NCBI GenBank assembly: GCA_047689515.1
Contig: JBEWQA010000004.1
Coordinates: forward strand, 157 to 64,156
Origin: Candidatus Sulfurimonas kebritensis
GTDB taxonomy: Bacteria; Campylobacterota; Campylobacteria; Campylobacterales; Sulfurimonadaceae
DNA length: 64,000 bases
Reading direction: 5' to 3'
Part shown: positions 27,828 through 37,522 of the stretch, piece after piece
Numbering within the stretch: position 1 is the stretch's first letter
Layout of the letters: each line of letters opens with the position of its first letter
Position numbers and translations under genes: made by a program
Notes under the pieces: generated by a model
What the model was told of the DNA's origin: nothing
Database searches by the model: none
Seen by the model: the letters and a program-made list of their open reading frames with translations, nothing else

Positions 27828-28625
27828 ATGTGTGCAGATTGCGGATGCAGTATAACAGAGACAACTTCGGCAGAAGGGAATGAACATCATCACCATCATG
27901 AGCATAGTCATGACCATTCCCACGAACATCAGGCGGCTCACGAAACACTGCACCATAACCCGCAGTTAAATGACGCGAAAACGATCAGTGTAATTACAAA
28001 AATTTTAGATAAAAACAACCATGAAGCGGCACATAACCGCAGCCATTTTGACAACCATAATGTTCTCAGTATCAACCTTATGAGCTCACCCGGCAGCGGA
28101 AAAACTGCACTGCTTGAAAGCATGGCGGATATGGCTGATTTTAAATTTGGTGTGATCGAGGGGGATTTGGAGACTTCACGCGATGCCGATCGTATTAAGT
28201 CCAAAGGGATCCCCGCATATCAGATCCAAACAGGCTCAGCATGTCATCTGGACGCTTTTATGGTCCATAAGGGGTTGCATGATATGCCGCTTGATGAGAT
28301 CGACGTATGTTTTGTGGAAAATGTAGGCAATCTTGTGTGTCCAGCTTCGTATGATGTGGGCTCGCATCTAAACATTGTCCTTGTTTCAACCCCTGAGGGA
28401 AGTGACAAGATAGAGAAATACCCGGTGATGTTCCGCCAGGCTGATCTGATCCTGATAACCAAGATGGATCTGATCGAGCACTTTGATTATGACCTCGAAC
28501 ACGAGAAAAAAGAGGCAAGAAAAGTAAAACCCAATGTTGACATCCTAGAGGTGAGCATAAAAGACCCCGCATCGATCCAAAGAGTGATAGATTGGATCGA
28601 GTTTAAACGCAAGATGAGAATGTAG
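27828..28625 (+). CDS. hypB: Hydrogenase nickel-incorporation GTPase HypB
   Basis: N-terminal MCADCGC nickel site, His-rich stretch EHHHHHEHSHDHSHEH, P-loop SSPGSGKT, and a second conserved G-domain segment (ENVGNLVCP). Confidence 0.95.
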   Translation: MCADCGCSITETTSAEGNEHHHHHEHSHDHSHEHQAAHETLHHNPQLNDAKTISVITKILDKNNHEAAHNRSHFDNHNVLSINLMSSPGSGKTALLESMADMADFKFGVIEGDLETSRDADRIKSKGIPAYQIQTGSACHLDAFMVHKGLHDMPLDEIDVCFVENVGNLVCPASYDVGSHLNIVLVSTPEGSDKIEKYPVMFRQADLILITKMDLIEHFDYDLEHEKKEARKVKPNVDILEVSIKDPASIQRVIDWIEFKRKMRM

Positions 28626-28626
28626 C

Positions 28627-28917
28627 ATGTGCCTCTCAATTCCGAGCAAAGTAGTGGAGATAGACAAAGAGAGAAACGTAGCAACTCTCGATACTATGGG
28701 GGTTACTCGTGAAGCGGGCTTGGATCTGATGCAAGCTGGGGATGTAAAAGTGGGGGATTATGTACTTTTGCATATCGGTTTTGTTATGAACAAGATCGAT
28801 GAAGCGGATGCTCTGGAGTCTTTGAAAATTTATAGCGAGCTCATTGAGAAGATGGATGAAACTGAGAAAAAAACTCTGATCGAAGAAGATGATAACTGCC
28901 CTGATAGAGGCACATAA
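28627..28917 (+). CDS. hypC: Hydrogenase assembly chaperone HypC
   Basis: MCLSIPSKV N-terminus; 96 aa. Confidence 0.92.
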   Translation: MCLSIPSKVVEIDKERNVATLDTMGVTREAGLDLMQAGDVKVGDYVLLHIGFVMNKIDEADALESLKIYSELIEKMDETEKKTLIEEDDNCPDRGT

Positions 28918-30041
28918 TGAGTGAATTACAGCTAAAAGATCTCTATAAAGGTTTTAGAGCTCCAGAAGTGATTCAGGGTTTTGCAAAACTGATCGAAGAG
29001 GATGCAAAAAAACTTCCACATCCTATAAACATTATGGAAGTATGCGGCGGTCATACCCATACGATCATGAAGTATGGTCTTTTGCAGCTTTTGCCTGAAA
29101 ATATCAACTTTATTCACGGACCTGGTTGTCCTGTCTGCATCATGCCAAAAGAGCGGATCGATCATGCCTACATCTTAGCGATGCAGGAGGATGTGATACT
29201 GGTTACTTTGGGAGATATGATCAAAGTCCCCGGAAGCAAGGGAAGCTTGCAAGATGCTCGCGCAAAAGGTGCGGATGTGCGGTTTGTCTACTCACCTCTT
29301 GATACACTTAAGATCGCAAAAGAAAACCCCGATAAAACAATCATCTTTTTCGCCATAGGTTTTGAGACAACTACGCCTATGACTGCGGCACTTTTAGATG
29401 TCGTAGTGAAGCAAGATATTAAAAATATCTTTTTTCATATAAACCACGTAACGGTTCCAGAAGCGATGGAGCTTCTGCTTTCTGATAAAGAGTGCAGTAT
29501 CGATGCATTTTTGGGGCCAAGCCACGTCAGTGTTATTAGCGGGAGTCAGATCTATGAGAAGTTTCCCCGCGAGTATAAAAAGCCTGTAGTAGTTTCGGGT
29601 TTTGAGCCTGTTGATGTGATGGAGTCGATCTCTATGATTGTAAAACAGTTTGTCCAGAACAGATCTGAGCTTGAGGTGCAGTACAAACGTGCCGTAAACA
29701 GAGAGGGGAATGTGAAAGCACAGGAGTTAAATGATAGGTACTTTGAGAAAGCGGAGCATTTTCGGTTTAGAGGTTTGGGAGATATCCCTGAAGGGGGATT
29801 ACAACTTCGGGATGAGTACAGGGACTATAACGCAGAGGTGGTCTACAAAGACCTGCTTGGCAGCGAGCCGATTGATGATCACAAGCTTTGTATCTGCGGC
29901 GATATACTCAAAGGCAAAGCCAAGCCGCCGCAGTGCTCTATCTTTGGCACCCTCTGTAAACCAAGCTCGCCGATAGGGAGCTGTATGGTAAGCAGTGAAG
30001 GGTCGTGCGCGGCATATTATAAGTATGGAAATTTACTATGA
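28917..30041 (+). CDS. hypD: Hydrogenase formation protein HypD
   Basis: CGGHTH, GPGCPVC and FETT motifs. Start overlaps the hypC stop. Confidence 0.95.
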   Translation: MSELQLKDLYKGFRAPEVIQGFAKLIEEDAKKLPHPINIMEVCGGHTHTIMKYGLLQLLPENINFIHGPGCPVCIMPKERIDHAYILAMQEDVILVTLGDMIKVPGSKGSLQDARAKGADVRFVYSPLDTLKIAKENPDKTIIFFAIGFETTTPMTAALLDVVVKQDIKNIFFHINHVTVPEAMELLLSDKECSIDAFLGPSHVSVISGSQIYEKFPREYKKPVVVSGFEPVDVMESISMIVKQFVQNRSELEVQYKRAVNREGNVKAQELNDRYFEKAEHFRFRGLGDIPEGGLQLRDEYRDYNAEVVYKDLLGSEPIDDHKLCICGDILKGKAKPPQCSIFGTLCKPSSPIGSCMVSSEGSCAAYYKYGNLL

Positions 30042-31036
30042 ATGAGCAAGTAACTCTCTCGATGGGAAACGGCGGTGCAGAGAATAGTGAGCTGATCTCA
30101 AAAGTTTTTTACAAAGCGTTTGCAAACGAGATCTTGGAAAAAAGTGAAGATGCGGCGGTGATCTACGGCGGTGAACTGGCATTCTCAACTGACAGTTTTA
30201 CCGTCTCGCCGATCTTCTTTCCCGGCGGAGATATAGGAAAACTGGCAGTATGCGGAACCTGTAACGATCTTGCGATGATGGGTGCACAACCGAAGTACCT
30301 TACATGCTCCGTAATCATAGAGGAGGGGTTTTCTACTAAAGAGCTTGAGCAGATCGTAGAGTCTATGAAGAAAGAGCTGACGATTAACGGTGCCGTCGTT
30401 GTGAGCGGAGATACAAAAGTGGTTCCAAAAGGGAGTGTGGATAAGATTTTTATCAACACTACGGGGATCGGGGAGATCCAAAAAAAGGGGATAAGCGCAA
30501 ACAAGATCTCAGAGGATGATGCGATCTTGCTCTCTCGCGATATTGGTTGCCACGGGGCGACCATTTTTACAGCTCGCGAAGGGATCGAACTCTCGAGTGA
30601 TCTCCAAAGCGACTGTGCATCTTTGAGTGTACAAGTTGCAGCATTGATCGAAGCGGATGTAAAGATCACCGCTATGCGCGATGCAACACGCGGTGGTGTG
30701 AGTGCCGTACTCAATGAATGGGCAAAACAGTCAAACATCTGCATAGAAGTAGAGGAGGAGAGTATTCCGGTCTCGCAAGAGGTGTATGGAGTGTGTGAGA
30801 TGCTCGGTTTTGAAGCGCTGGATCTGGCAAACGAGGGCACCTTTCTTTTAGCGGTGGCAAAAGATGAAGCAAGCAAAGCGCTTCAGGTGTTGCAGCGTTT
30901 TGAGAACTCTGCAAATGCAGTTAAGATAGCGGATGTCACAAAAGAGTATGTCGGCAAAGTGGTGCTCAAAAGCGGACACGGTACAAAAAGATTTTTAGAG
31001 ATGCCAAGCGGTGAACTCTTGCCGAGGATCTGTTAA
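30038..31036 (+). CDS. hypE: Hydrogenase expression/formation protein HypE
   Basis: PurM-like fold, C-terminal PRIC motif, 4-nt overlap with hypD. Confidence 0.95.
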   Translation: MNEQVTLSMGNGGAENSELISKVFYKAFANEILEKSEDAAVIYGGELAFSTDSFTVSPIFFPGGDIGKLAVCGTCNDLAMMGAQPKYLTCSVIIEEGFSTKELEQIVESMKKELTINGAVVVSGDTKVVPKGSVDKIFINTTGIGEIQKKGISANKISEDDAILLSRDIGCHGATIFTAREGIELSSDLQSDCASLSVQVAALIEADVKITAMRDATRGGVSAVLNEWAKQSNICIEVEEESIPVSQEVYGVCEMLGFEALDLANEGTFLLAVAKDEASKALQVLQRFENSANAVKIADVTKEYVGKVVLKSGHGTKRFLEMPSGELLPRIC

Positions 31037-31055
31037 GTGTATAAAGGGGTGTTTT

Positions 31056-31397
31056 GTGCATGAGTACAGCGTAGTGCAGGCACTGCTCGATCAGGTAGAG
31101 GATCTTGCCACAGAGAATGAGGCTTCAAAGGTCACAAAAATAGTTACAAAAATAGGAGTGATGAGCGGCATAGAAATAGATCTGCTTGAGAGTGCATTTG
31201 ATACTTTTAAAGAACAGACAATATGTGAAGAGGCTGAACTTGTTGTACAAAAACAGCCGGTTGTCGTTCGATGCAATTCATGTAAAGAAGAGAACGCTTT
31301 AGAGAAAAACCACTACTGTTGCCCCCAATGTAAGTCTACAGATCTCAAAGTGATCGACGGGGAAGAGATGTATCTTATGAGTGTAACAATGGAATAA
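31056..31397 (+). CDS. hypA: Hydrogenase nickel-insertion protein HypA
   Basis: A GTG start gives the (M)HEYS nickel motif. Zinc site CNSC...CPQC. AAAGGGG sits 7 nt upstream. The ORF track opens at 31011 inside hypE. Confidence 0.9.
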   Translation: MHEYSVVQALLDQVEDLATENEASKVTKIVTKIGVMSGIEIDLLESAFDTFKEQTICEEAELVVQKQPVVVRCNSCKEENALEKNHYCCPQCKSTDLKVIDGEEMYLMSVTME

Positions 31398-31480
31398 AGA
31401 GCTCGTGAACAAGCTGCTAGCTGTGAAACTTCAAGATTTTTCGATATAATCACATTAAAATTAGAGTAAAAGGATAATTT

Positions 31481-31912
31481 ATGGAGTGCGAATTTCCGAC
31501 GGTAAATTCTAATATGGATGAAGTGAAAGAGATCTTTGACAGCGTAAAAACTATAGCGGTTTTAGGTTTGTCTCCAAATCCTGAAAAAGATTCCCATAGA
31601 GTAGCGGCTTATATGCAAGATCAAGGGTATAAAATAGTACCTGTTTACCCAAAAGAGGAGGAGATCCTCGGGGAAAAAGTCTACAGAAGTTTAAAAGAGA
31701 TCCCTTTTAAAGTAGATATGGTAAATATTTTTAGAAAACCGGATGCGCTTGATCCGATCGCAGATGCGTGTATAGAGCGTGGTGACATCGATGTTTTTTG
31801 GGCGCAAAAAGGTATAGTAAACAATGCAGCAGCTGAGAAAGCGGAAAATGCGGGTATGAAAGTTGTACAAAATCAATGTGCAATGGTAGACCATAGAAAC
31901 CTTTGCAGCTAA
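31481..31912 (+). CDS. CoA-binding domain protein (YccU-like)
   Basis: TIAVLGLSPNPEKDSHRVAAYMQDQGYKIVPVYP pattern. Confidence 0.75.
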   Translation: MECEFPTVNSNMDEVKEIFDSVKTIAVLGLSPNPEKDSHRVAAYMQDQGYKIVPVYPKEEEILGEKVYRSLKEIPFKVDMVNIFRKPDALDPIADACIERGDIDVFWAQKGIVNNAAAEKAENAGMKVVQNQCAMVDHRNLCS

Positions 31913-31921
31913 GGGATATCC

Positions 31922-33121
31922 TTGGTAAATTTAGAAACTATAAAACAAGCACAGAAACGCACAGAGGGTGTAGTTGTTAAAACCCCTCTTGCTTCTGCTC
32001 CATATTTAAGTGAACTGACAAACGCAAATATCTTTTTAAAAAAAGAGAATCTTCAAATCACCGGTGCCTTTAAAATTCGCGGAGCGTATAATAAAATAGC
32101 TTCACTCTCCGATACTGAGCGTTGTAAAGGTGTGATCGCTGCAAGTGCAGGAAATCACGCACAGGGTGTAGCACTCTCAGCACAACGTTTTGGGATCAAG
32201 GCAGTTATCGTGATGCCCGAATCTACACCGCTGACAAAAGTAAACGGTGTGAAATATTATGGTGCCGAAGTTGTACTGCATGGAAGCAACTACGATGAAG
32301 CGTACGGTTATGCGATCCGATATGCCGAGAAAAATGATCTCACTTTTGTCCACCCTTTTGAAGATGAGGATGTTATCGCAGGGCAGGGGACAGTCGGCTT
32401 GGAAATACTTGAGAACTGTGACAAGCTTGATGTCGTGATCGTACCTATTGGGGGCGGCGGACTTATCGCAGGAGTAGCGACGGCGATCAAGGCACTTTCA
32501 CCAACTACAAAAGTGATAGGAGTAAGTGCTAGCGGTGCACCTGCATTTAAAAACTCTTATGAGCTTAAAACTGCGGTAGATACTACAAAAGTACGCACAA
32601 TTGCCGATGGTATAGCTGTACGCGACACATCAAAGGTGACATTTGATTATGCGCTCAAGTATGTAGATGAAGTGATCAGTGTCGATGATGAAGAGATCGC
32701 AAGTGCAATTTTGTACCTTTTAGAGAAGCAAAAACTTGTTGTTGAGGGTGCCGGAGCAGTCGGAGTTGCGGCTCTTTTACACGATAAAGTAAAAGATATA
32801 AAAGATAAAAATGTAGCCGTAGTACTTAGCGGCGGCAACATGGATGTAACACTTTTATCTGTGATCATCGAAAAGGGTCTGATCAAGTCACACCGTAAAA
32901 TGAATCTTACGGTAACCTTGGTAGATAAACCGGGTTCATTGATGCGTTTTACCGAGATCTTGAACTCTTTAAGTGCCAATATAGTGCATATCGCATACGA
33001 TCGAACATCGATCTCATTGGACTACGGTGATGCAAATGTCACCGTCCATATAGAGACAAAAGGGAAAGAGCATCAAGATCAGATCACGCAAGCGTTAAAA
33101 TCGGAAGGCTATATAAGGTAG
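31922..33121 (+). CDS. ilvA: Threonine ammonia-lyase (short form with a single ACT-like domain)
   Basis: PLP-lysine motif GAFKIRGA, GGGGL loop, C-terminal regulatory domain. TTG start. Confidence 0.88.
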   Translation: MVNLETIKQAQKRTEGVVVKTPLASAPYLSELTNANIFLKKENLQITGAFKIRGAYNKIASLSDTERCKGVIAASAGNHAQGVALSAQRFGIKAVIVMPESTPLTKVNGVKYYGAEVVLHGSNYDEAYGYAIRYAEKNDLTFVHPFEDEDVIAGQGTVGLEILENCDKLDVVIVPIGGGGLIAGVATAIKALSPTTKVIGVSASGAPAFKNSYELKTAVDTTKVRTIADGIAVRDTSKVTFDYALKYVDEVISVDDEEIASAILYLLEKQKLVVEGAGAVGVAALLHDKVKDIKDKNVAVVLSGGNMDVTLLSVIIEKGLIKSHRKMNLTVTLVDKPGSLMRFTEILNSLSANIVHIAYDRTSISLDYGDANVTVHIETKGKEHQDQITQALKSEGYIR

Positions 33122-33125
33122 GGTA

Positions 33126-35255
33126 ATGGAAGCTGTCAAAAGTAAAAGTGTTGTAAAGCCTATAGTTTTATTAAAGTACTATGAAGATGACAACACTCTA
33201 TTAGTAGTAGACAGTGAAACTACTGTACGTTTTTTTGAAAACGATTCCCTCTCTTTAGATGGTGGTTTCAAAGCCGGTATTACGCATAAAAGCTACCGTA
33301 CAAACGTAGTTGCATTTAGTCAGGACAAACACTATCTTGCAGCTATTTCTGAAGATGACAGAGAATCACGACTTTACAATGCACATACAAAAAGGATGAT
33401 TGCCAAAGTTGATCGCCATCACGGGGAGGTCTCTTGTGTAGCTATAGACCCTATGAACAGGTTTATGCTTTCAGGCGGTGACGACGGGAAAATTTTTGCC
33501 GTAGATGTTAAAAGTGGCAAGCTAATGTTTACGCTTCCTTCCCATATCGATACTATCAATGATATTGCTTTTTCAAAAAACTCCAATTGGGTAGCGACTG
33601 CAAGTTACGACAGAAAGATCTCCGTATATAACCTTGTAACGATGACACCTAAAGAGAGGCTGCGATCACACAGCCCCCCTGTTATGAAGATAAAGTTTTT
33701 TCAAAAAAACAAACTGGTTAGTGTCGATAAAGATTCAAAAGCGATCATCTGGGATATCCACACAGGCAAGGTGCTGGCACGATTACAGGGTATCCATGAC
33801 GAGGTACGCCAGATAGTGATAAGCGGAGATGAAAAGTTTCTGTTTATAGGGACAAGCCTTGGGTATGTACTTGTGTATGATCTAAACACTTATGAAGCGG
33901 TAACTACAAGGTTTATAAAAATATCTTCGCCAATCACCGCTATGGAGTTTGATCCAAAAAACAACCATCTGATTATTGGGACTGAAGATGGGTTTTTGAT
34001 CTACTATGATATCTATGAAGGTTTAGACCAGATTAAAGAGCTGTTGAAAAATAAGCGTTTTGACGAGATCAATGAGGAGATTGAGAAAAATCCGATACTT
34101 AAATATACAGAAGTGTACGATCTAGTCTCAAATCTATGGGAAAAAACTCTTGAAAAAGCAAAAATAGCTTTGGAAAACGGTGATAAAACAAGAGCGGAAT
34201 TACTGCTTAATCAATTTAAAGAGATCCCGGTAAAGAACAAATTGATACAAAAACTCTTTAAAGACTATGCTCAGTACCCGAAGTTTATAGAGCTTGCCAA
34301 AAACGGTAAACTTGCCCTTGCATACTCCCTGGCAAACTCTTATCCGGTGTATAAAGAAACCAAGATCTATAAAGCTTTAGAGACAAAGTGGAAAACATCT
34401 TTTGCAAAAGCGCAAAAATTGATGCTCAACCCAAAAACCCTGCAAAAAGCCAGAGATCTTTTGATGCCTTACCGAGGTATTAGTGAGAAAACAAAGTTCA
34501 TTCAGGAACTTTTTAGCAAATCAAGCGTTTATATGAGATTTCGTGAGTCGATCTCCAAAAAAGATTTTAAAATAGCTATGCAGCTAATCAAACAAAATCC
34601 TTTCCTGACTGAACTGCCGGAATATACGACATTGATGAGTTTTGCAGATAACCTTTACTTTAAAGTGCACGAAGCACTCGATAAAAAAGACTTTAGTTCT
34701 GCGACGAAGCTTTTATCTGTGCTGAAGGATTTTGACGATTTTAAAGAGGAAGCGACAAACACTCTGAAAGATATAGAGATTAAGCAGAAGTTTTATCTGG
34801 CTGTTAAAGCAAACAATCTTGCAGATGCGTACGATGCAATGGCTGCACTAGAGGAATTGCAAGAGACGGAGCAGGGGAAAAAACTGCAGCGTCAATGGAA
34901 TGATGATCTGAGTATTGCAAATACATATGCCGTTAACGGTGATGTCTTAGGGGTGAAAAAAGCACTTGACAAATATATGGATATCCACTCAAAGTATATG
35001 GCTTTAGCTACCGTATTTTCATGGTGTTATATCTCACAGCTTGAAAGTGCTGTTAATCGTAAAATCAAGCAAAGCAGTATCGAAACAGGTATCAAAAATT
35101 ATCTCTCCCTCTTTGGAGAAACCGATCAGATCGATAATCTTTATGAGACCTTTAAAGAGAACTATCCTGAAACAAAACTCAACCTTGAACGTCTTCAAAA
35201 AGGTTCTCTCTCTTTATGGAGACCCTCTATGCTTGAAAAATCTATCTTAGAGTAA
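33126..35255 (+). CDS. WD40 beta-propeller protein with a long alpha-helical C-terminal domain
   Basis: Repeated WD-like blades in aa ~60-300 (GHxxxV...D...SGGDDGKI, SYDRKISVYNL, and others), followed by ~400 aa of helical, repeat-like sequence. Confidence 0.7.
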   Translation: MEAVKSKSVVKPIVLLKYYEDDNTLLVVDSETTVRFFENDSLSLDGGFKAGITHKSYRTNVVAFSQDKHYLAAISEDDRESRLYNAHTKRMIAKVDRHHGEVSCVAIDPMNRFMLSGGDDGKIFAVDVKSGKLMFTLPSHIDTINDIAFSKNSNWVATASYDRKISVYNLVTMTPKERLRSHSPPVMKIKFFQKNKLVSVDKDSKAIIWDIHTGKVLARLQGIHDEVRQIVISGDEKFLFIGTSLGYVLVYDLNTYEAVTTRFIKISSPITAMEFDPKNNHLIIGTEDGFLIYYDIYEGLDQIKELLKNKRFDEINEEIEKNPILKYTEVYDLVSNLWEKTLEKAKIALENGDKTRAELLLNQFKEIPVKNKLIQKLFKDYAQYPKFIELAKNGKLALAYSLANSYPVYKETKIYKALETKWKTSFAKAQKLMLNPKTLQKARDLLMPYRGISEKTKFIQELFSKSSVYMRFRESISKKDFKIAMQLIKQNPFLTELPEYTTLMSFADNLYFKVHEALDKKDFSSATKLLSVLKDFDDFKEEATNTLKDIEIKQKFYLAVKANNLADAYDAMAALEELQETEQGKKLQRQWNDDLSIANTYAVNGDVLGVKKALDKYMDIHSKYMALATVFSWCYISQLESAVNRKIKQSSIETGIKNYLSLFGETDQIDNLYETFKENYPETKLNLERLQKGSLSLWRPSMLEKSILE

Positions 35256-35344
35256 ATAAGTCTGAATTTTTAACATTAGATATAGCTAAGATTAAGTATA
35301 ATCCAAAAATTTTACACAATATAAATTATTTTAGGAGACTTTTC

Positions 35345-37042
35345 ATGCAAATTAGTGGCGCACAGATGGTTATCGAAGCACTAATCGCCGAGGGTGTAGA
35401 TACAGTATTTGGCTACCCCGGTGGAGCGATAATGAATGTCTATGATGAAATTTATAAACAAGATAAGTTTCAGCATATTTTGACTCGTCATGAACAAGCA
35501 GCAATTCACGCTGCAGAAGGATATTCAAAAGCTAGCGGAAAAGTCGGTGTCGCGATGATTACAAGTGGACCGGGATTTACAAATGCAGTAACAGGTTTGG
35601 CAGATGCTTATATGGATTCGATTCCACTTGTTGTGATCTCGGGACAGGTACCTATGAGTCTGATCGGAACAGATGCGTTTCAGGAGATCGATGCAGTCGG
35701 AATTAGCCGTTCATGTACAAAACACAACTATTTGGTAACGGATGCAAAAGATCTTCCTCGTGTACTTAAGGAAGCTTTTTATATTGCAGCTTCAGGTCGT
35801 CCGGGTCCTGTTCATGTTGATATCCCAAAAGATGTTACGGCTCAGCTTGAAGAGTTTGACTACGATATCGAACTAGAGCTTGAAACATATAAACCGACAA
35901 CAAAAGGGAACCCTCGCCAGATCAAAAAAGCGATGGAAGCGATCACAAACGCAAAACGCCCGCTCTTTTATCTCGGTGGCGGTGTTATCAACTCAAATGC
36001 AGACCAAGAGGTTAGAGAGCTGGTTCACAAAACACAGATACCTGTAGTAGAGACTTTTATGGCTCGCGGGACGCTTTCATATGATGATGAGTACCTTATC
36101 GGTATGCTTGGTATGCACGGTTCATACGCGGCAAATATGGCGATGAGTGAGACAGATCTTGTTATAGCGCTTGGTGCGAGATTTGACGATCGTGTAACGG
36201 GTAAACTTTCAGAATTTGCAAAAAATGCGGCAGTTATCCATGTTGATATCGATCCTGCAAGTATCTCTAAACTTGTAAATGCCGACTATCCGATCGTTGG
36301 TGATGTGAAGTCGGTTGCGACAGAGATGTTGGCACAGTCTGATAAAGTAGACGGCTCTAAGTATGAGTCGTGGAGAGAGACGATCCACAACTTTGATGCA
36401 CTGCATCCGCTTACATACCATGAAGATACAGAGAGAATCAAACCGCAATGGGTAATCGAGAGAGTCGGTGAACTTCTTGGTGACGATGCAAATATCTCTA
36501 CAGATGTTGGGCAGCACCAGATGTGGACTGCACAGTTCTATCCGTTTACAAGAGCACGTCAGTTTGCGAGTTCAGGCGGACTAGGAACTATGGGATTTGG
36601 TTTCCCTGCAGCGATGGGTGTCAAAGCGGCCTCTCCGGAGAAAGTAAGTGTCAACTTCACAGGTGACGGTTCTATTTTGATGAATGTTCAGGAGTTGATG
36701 ACGGCGGTTGAAAAAAAATTACCTGTTATCAATATCATCCTTAACAACAACTACCTTGGTATGGTACGCCAGTGGCAGACACTTTTTTACGATAAACGCC
36801 ACTCAGAGACAGACCTCTCTATGCAGCCGGATTTTGTAAAACTTGCAGAGTCTTTCGGTGGAATAGGGTACAGAGTAACTACAAAAGAGGAGTTTGACGC
36901 AGCACTTAAAGATGCAGTTGAAAAAGATGTAGTTGCATTTATAGATGTTGTAGTTGAAAGACTTGAAAACGTACTTCCGATGGTTCCTGCCGGAGGAAGT
37001 TTATTTAACATGATGTTACTAGAGAAAAAGGAGGAGAAGTAA
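35345..37042 (+). CDS. ilvB: Acetolactate synthase large subunit
   Basis: TPP enzyme: GYPGGA and the GDGS...NN TPP motif (FTGDGSILMNVQEL...NNNYLGMVRQWQ). Confidence 0.93.
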   Translation: MQISGAQMVIEALIAEGVDTVFGYPGGAIMNVYDEIYKQDKFQHILTRHEQAAIHAAEGYSKASGKVGVAMITSGPGFTNAVTGLADAYMDSIPLVVISGQVPMSLIGTDAFQEIDAVGISRSCTKHNYLVTDAKDLPRVLKEAFYIAASGRPGPVHVDIPKDVTAQLEEFDYDIELELETYKPTTKGNPRQIKKAMEAITNAKRPLFYLGGGVINSNADQEVRELVHKTQIPVVETFMARGTLSYDDEYLIGMLGMHGSYAANMAMSETDLVIALGARFDDRVTGKLSEFAKNAAVIHVDIDPASISKLVNADYPIVGDVKSVATEMLAQSDKVDGSKYESWRETIHNFDALHPLTYHEDTERIKPQWVIERVGELLGDDANISTDVGQHQMWTAQFYPFTRARQFASSGGLGTMGFGFPAAMGVKAASPEKVSVNFTGDGSILMNVQELMTAVEKKLPVINIILNNNYLGMVRQWQTLFYDKRHSETDLSMQPDFVKLAESFGGIGYRVTTKEEFDAALKDAVEKDVVAFIDVVVERLENVLPMVPAGGSLFNMMLLEKKEEK

Positions 37043-37518
37043 TGACGACTGATAATGCAAGGAGAGTAATCTCAGTTATCGTAGTTAATGAAGCGAGTGT
37101 ATTATCTCGTATTACCGATCTTTTCTCCGGTCGCGGGTATAACATCACCTCATTGACTGTAGCGCCTATCCCCGATAGTAAGTACTCACGCTTAACGATC
37201 GCAACCTTGGGATCGGTAAAAGTGATGGAGCAGATCACAAAGCAGTTGCATAAACTGATCCCTGTTCTTCGTGTATATGAGCATGAGGATATGGTTGAAA
37301 AAGAGATGGCAATGGTGAAGTTTGAGATCACTGAGAACTTAAGCGATATCAACACGATCTGTGAAGCGTATAACGGCAAGATCGTAAATGCCGGCGAAAC
37401 AACCGTGATCGCAATGGTTGCAGATGAGCCGAAAAGAATCGACAACTTTTTAAACTCTATGAAACGCTACAACCCAAAAGAGATCGTTAGAAGCGGTGCT
37501 GTAGCGCTGGAGAGATAA
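37042..37518 (+). CDS. ilvH: Acetolactate synthase small (regulatory) subunit
   Basis: ACT domain [21 protein letters not shown]. Start overlaps the ilvB stop. Confidence 0.9.
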   Translation: MTTDNARRVISVIVVNEASVLSRITDLFSGRGYNITSLTVAPIPDSKYSRLTIATLGSVKVMEQITKQLHKLIPVLRVYEHEDMVEKEMAMVKFEITENLSDINTICEAYNGKIVNAGETTVIAMVADEPKRIDNFLNSMKRYNPKEIVRSGAVALER

Positions 37519-37522
37519 GCCG

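Noticed and set aside
27880-27960. HHHHH-containing His-rich stretch that could be mistaken for an engineered His-tag or cloning artefact
   Set aside because: It sits inside HypB after the MCADCGC nickel site, embedded in an irregular H/E/D/S-rich tract. Natural His-rich regions are a well-known HypB feature.
30163-30876. 237-aa minus-strand ORF inside hypE
   Set aside because: The sense-strand HypE is full-length with the PRIC C-terminus. The antisense product has no recognisable features.
31398-31480. Possible rho-independent terminator after hypA (AGCT...AGCT region)
   Set aside because: The stem is only 3-4 bp with a weak U-tract, which is not convincing.
37005-37445. 146-aa minus-strand ORF antisense to ilvH
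   Set aside because: The ilvH ACT domain on the plus strand is clear. The antisense product is a low-complexity Ser/Thr/Ile sequence.
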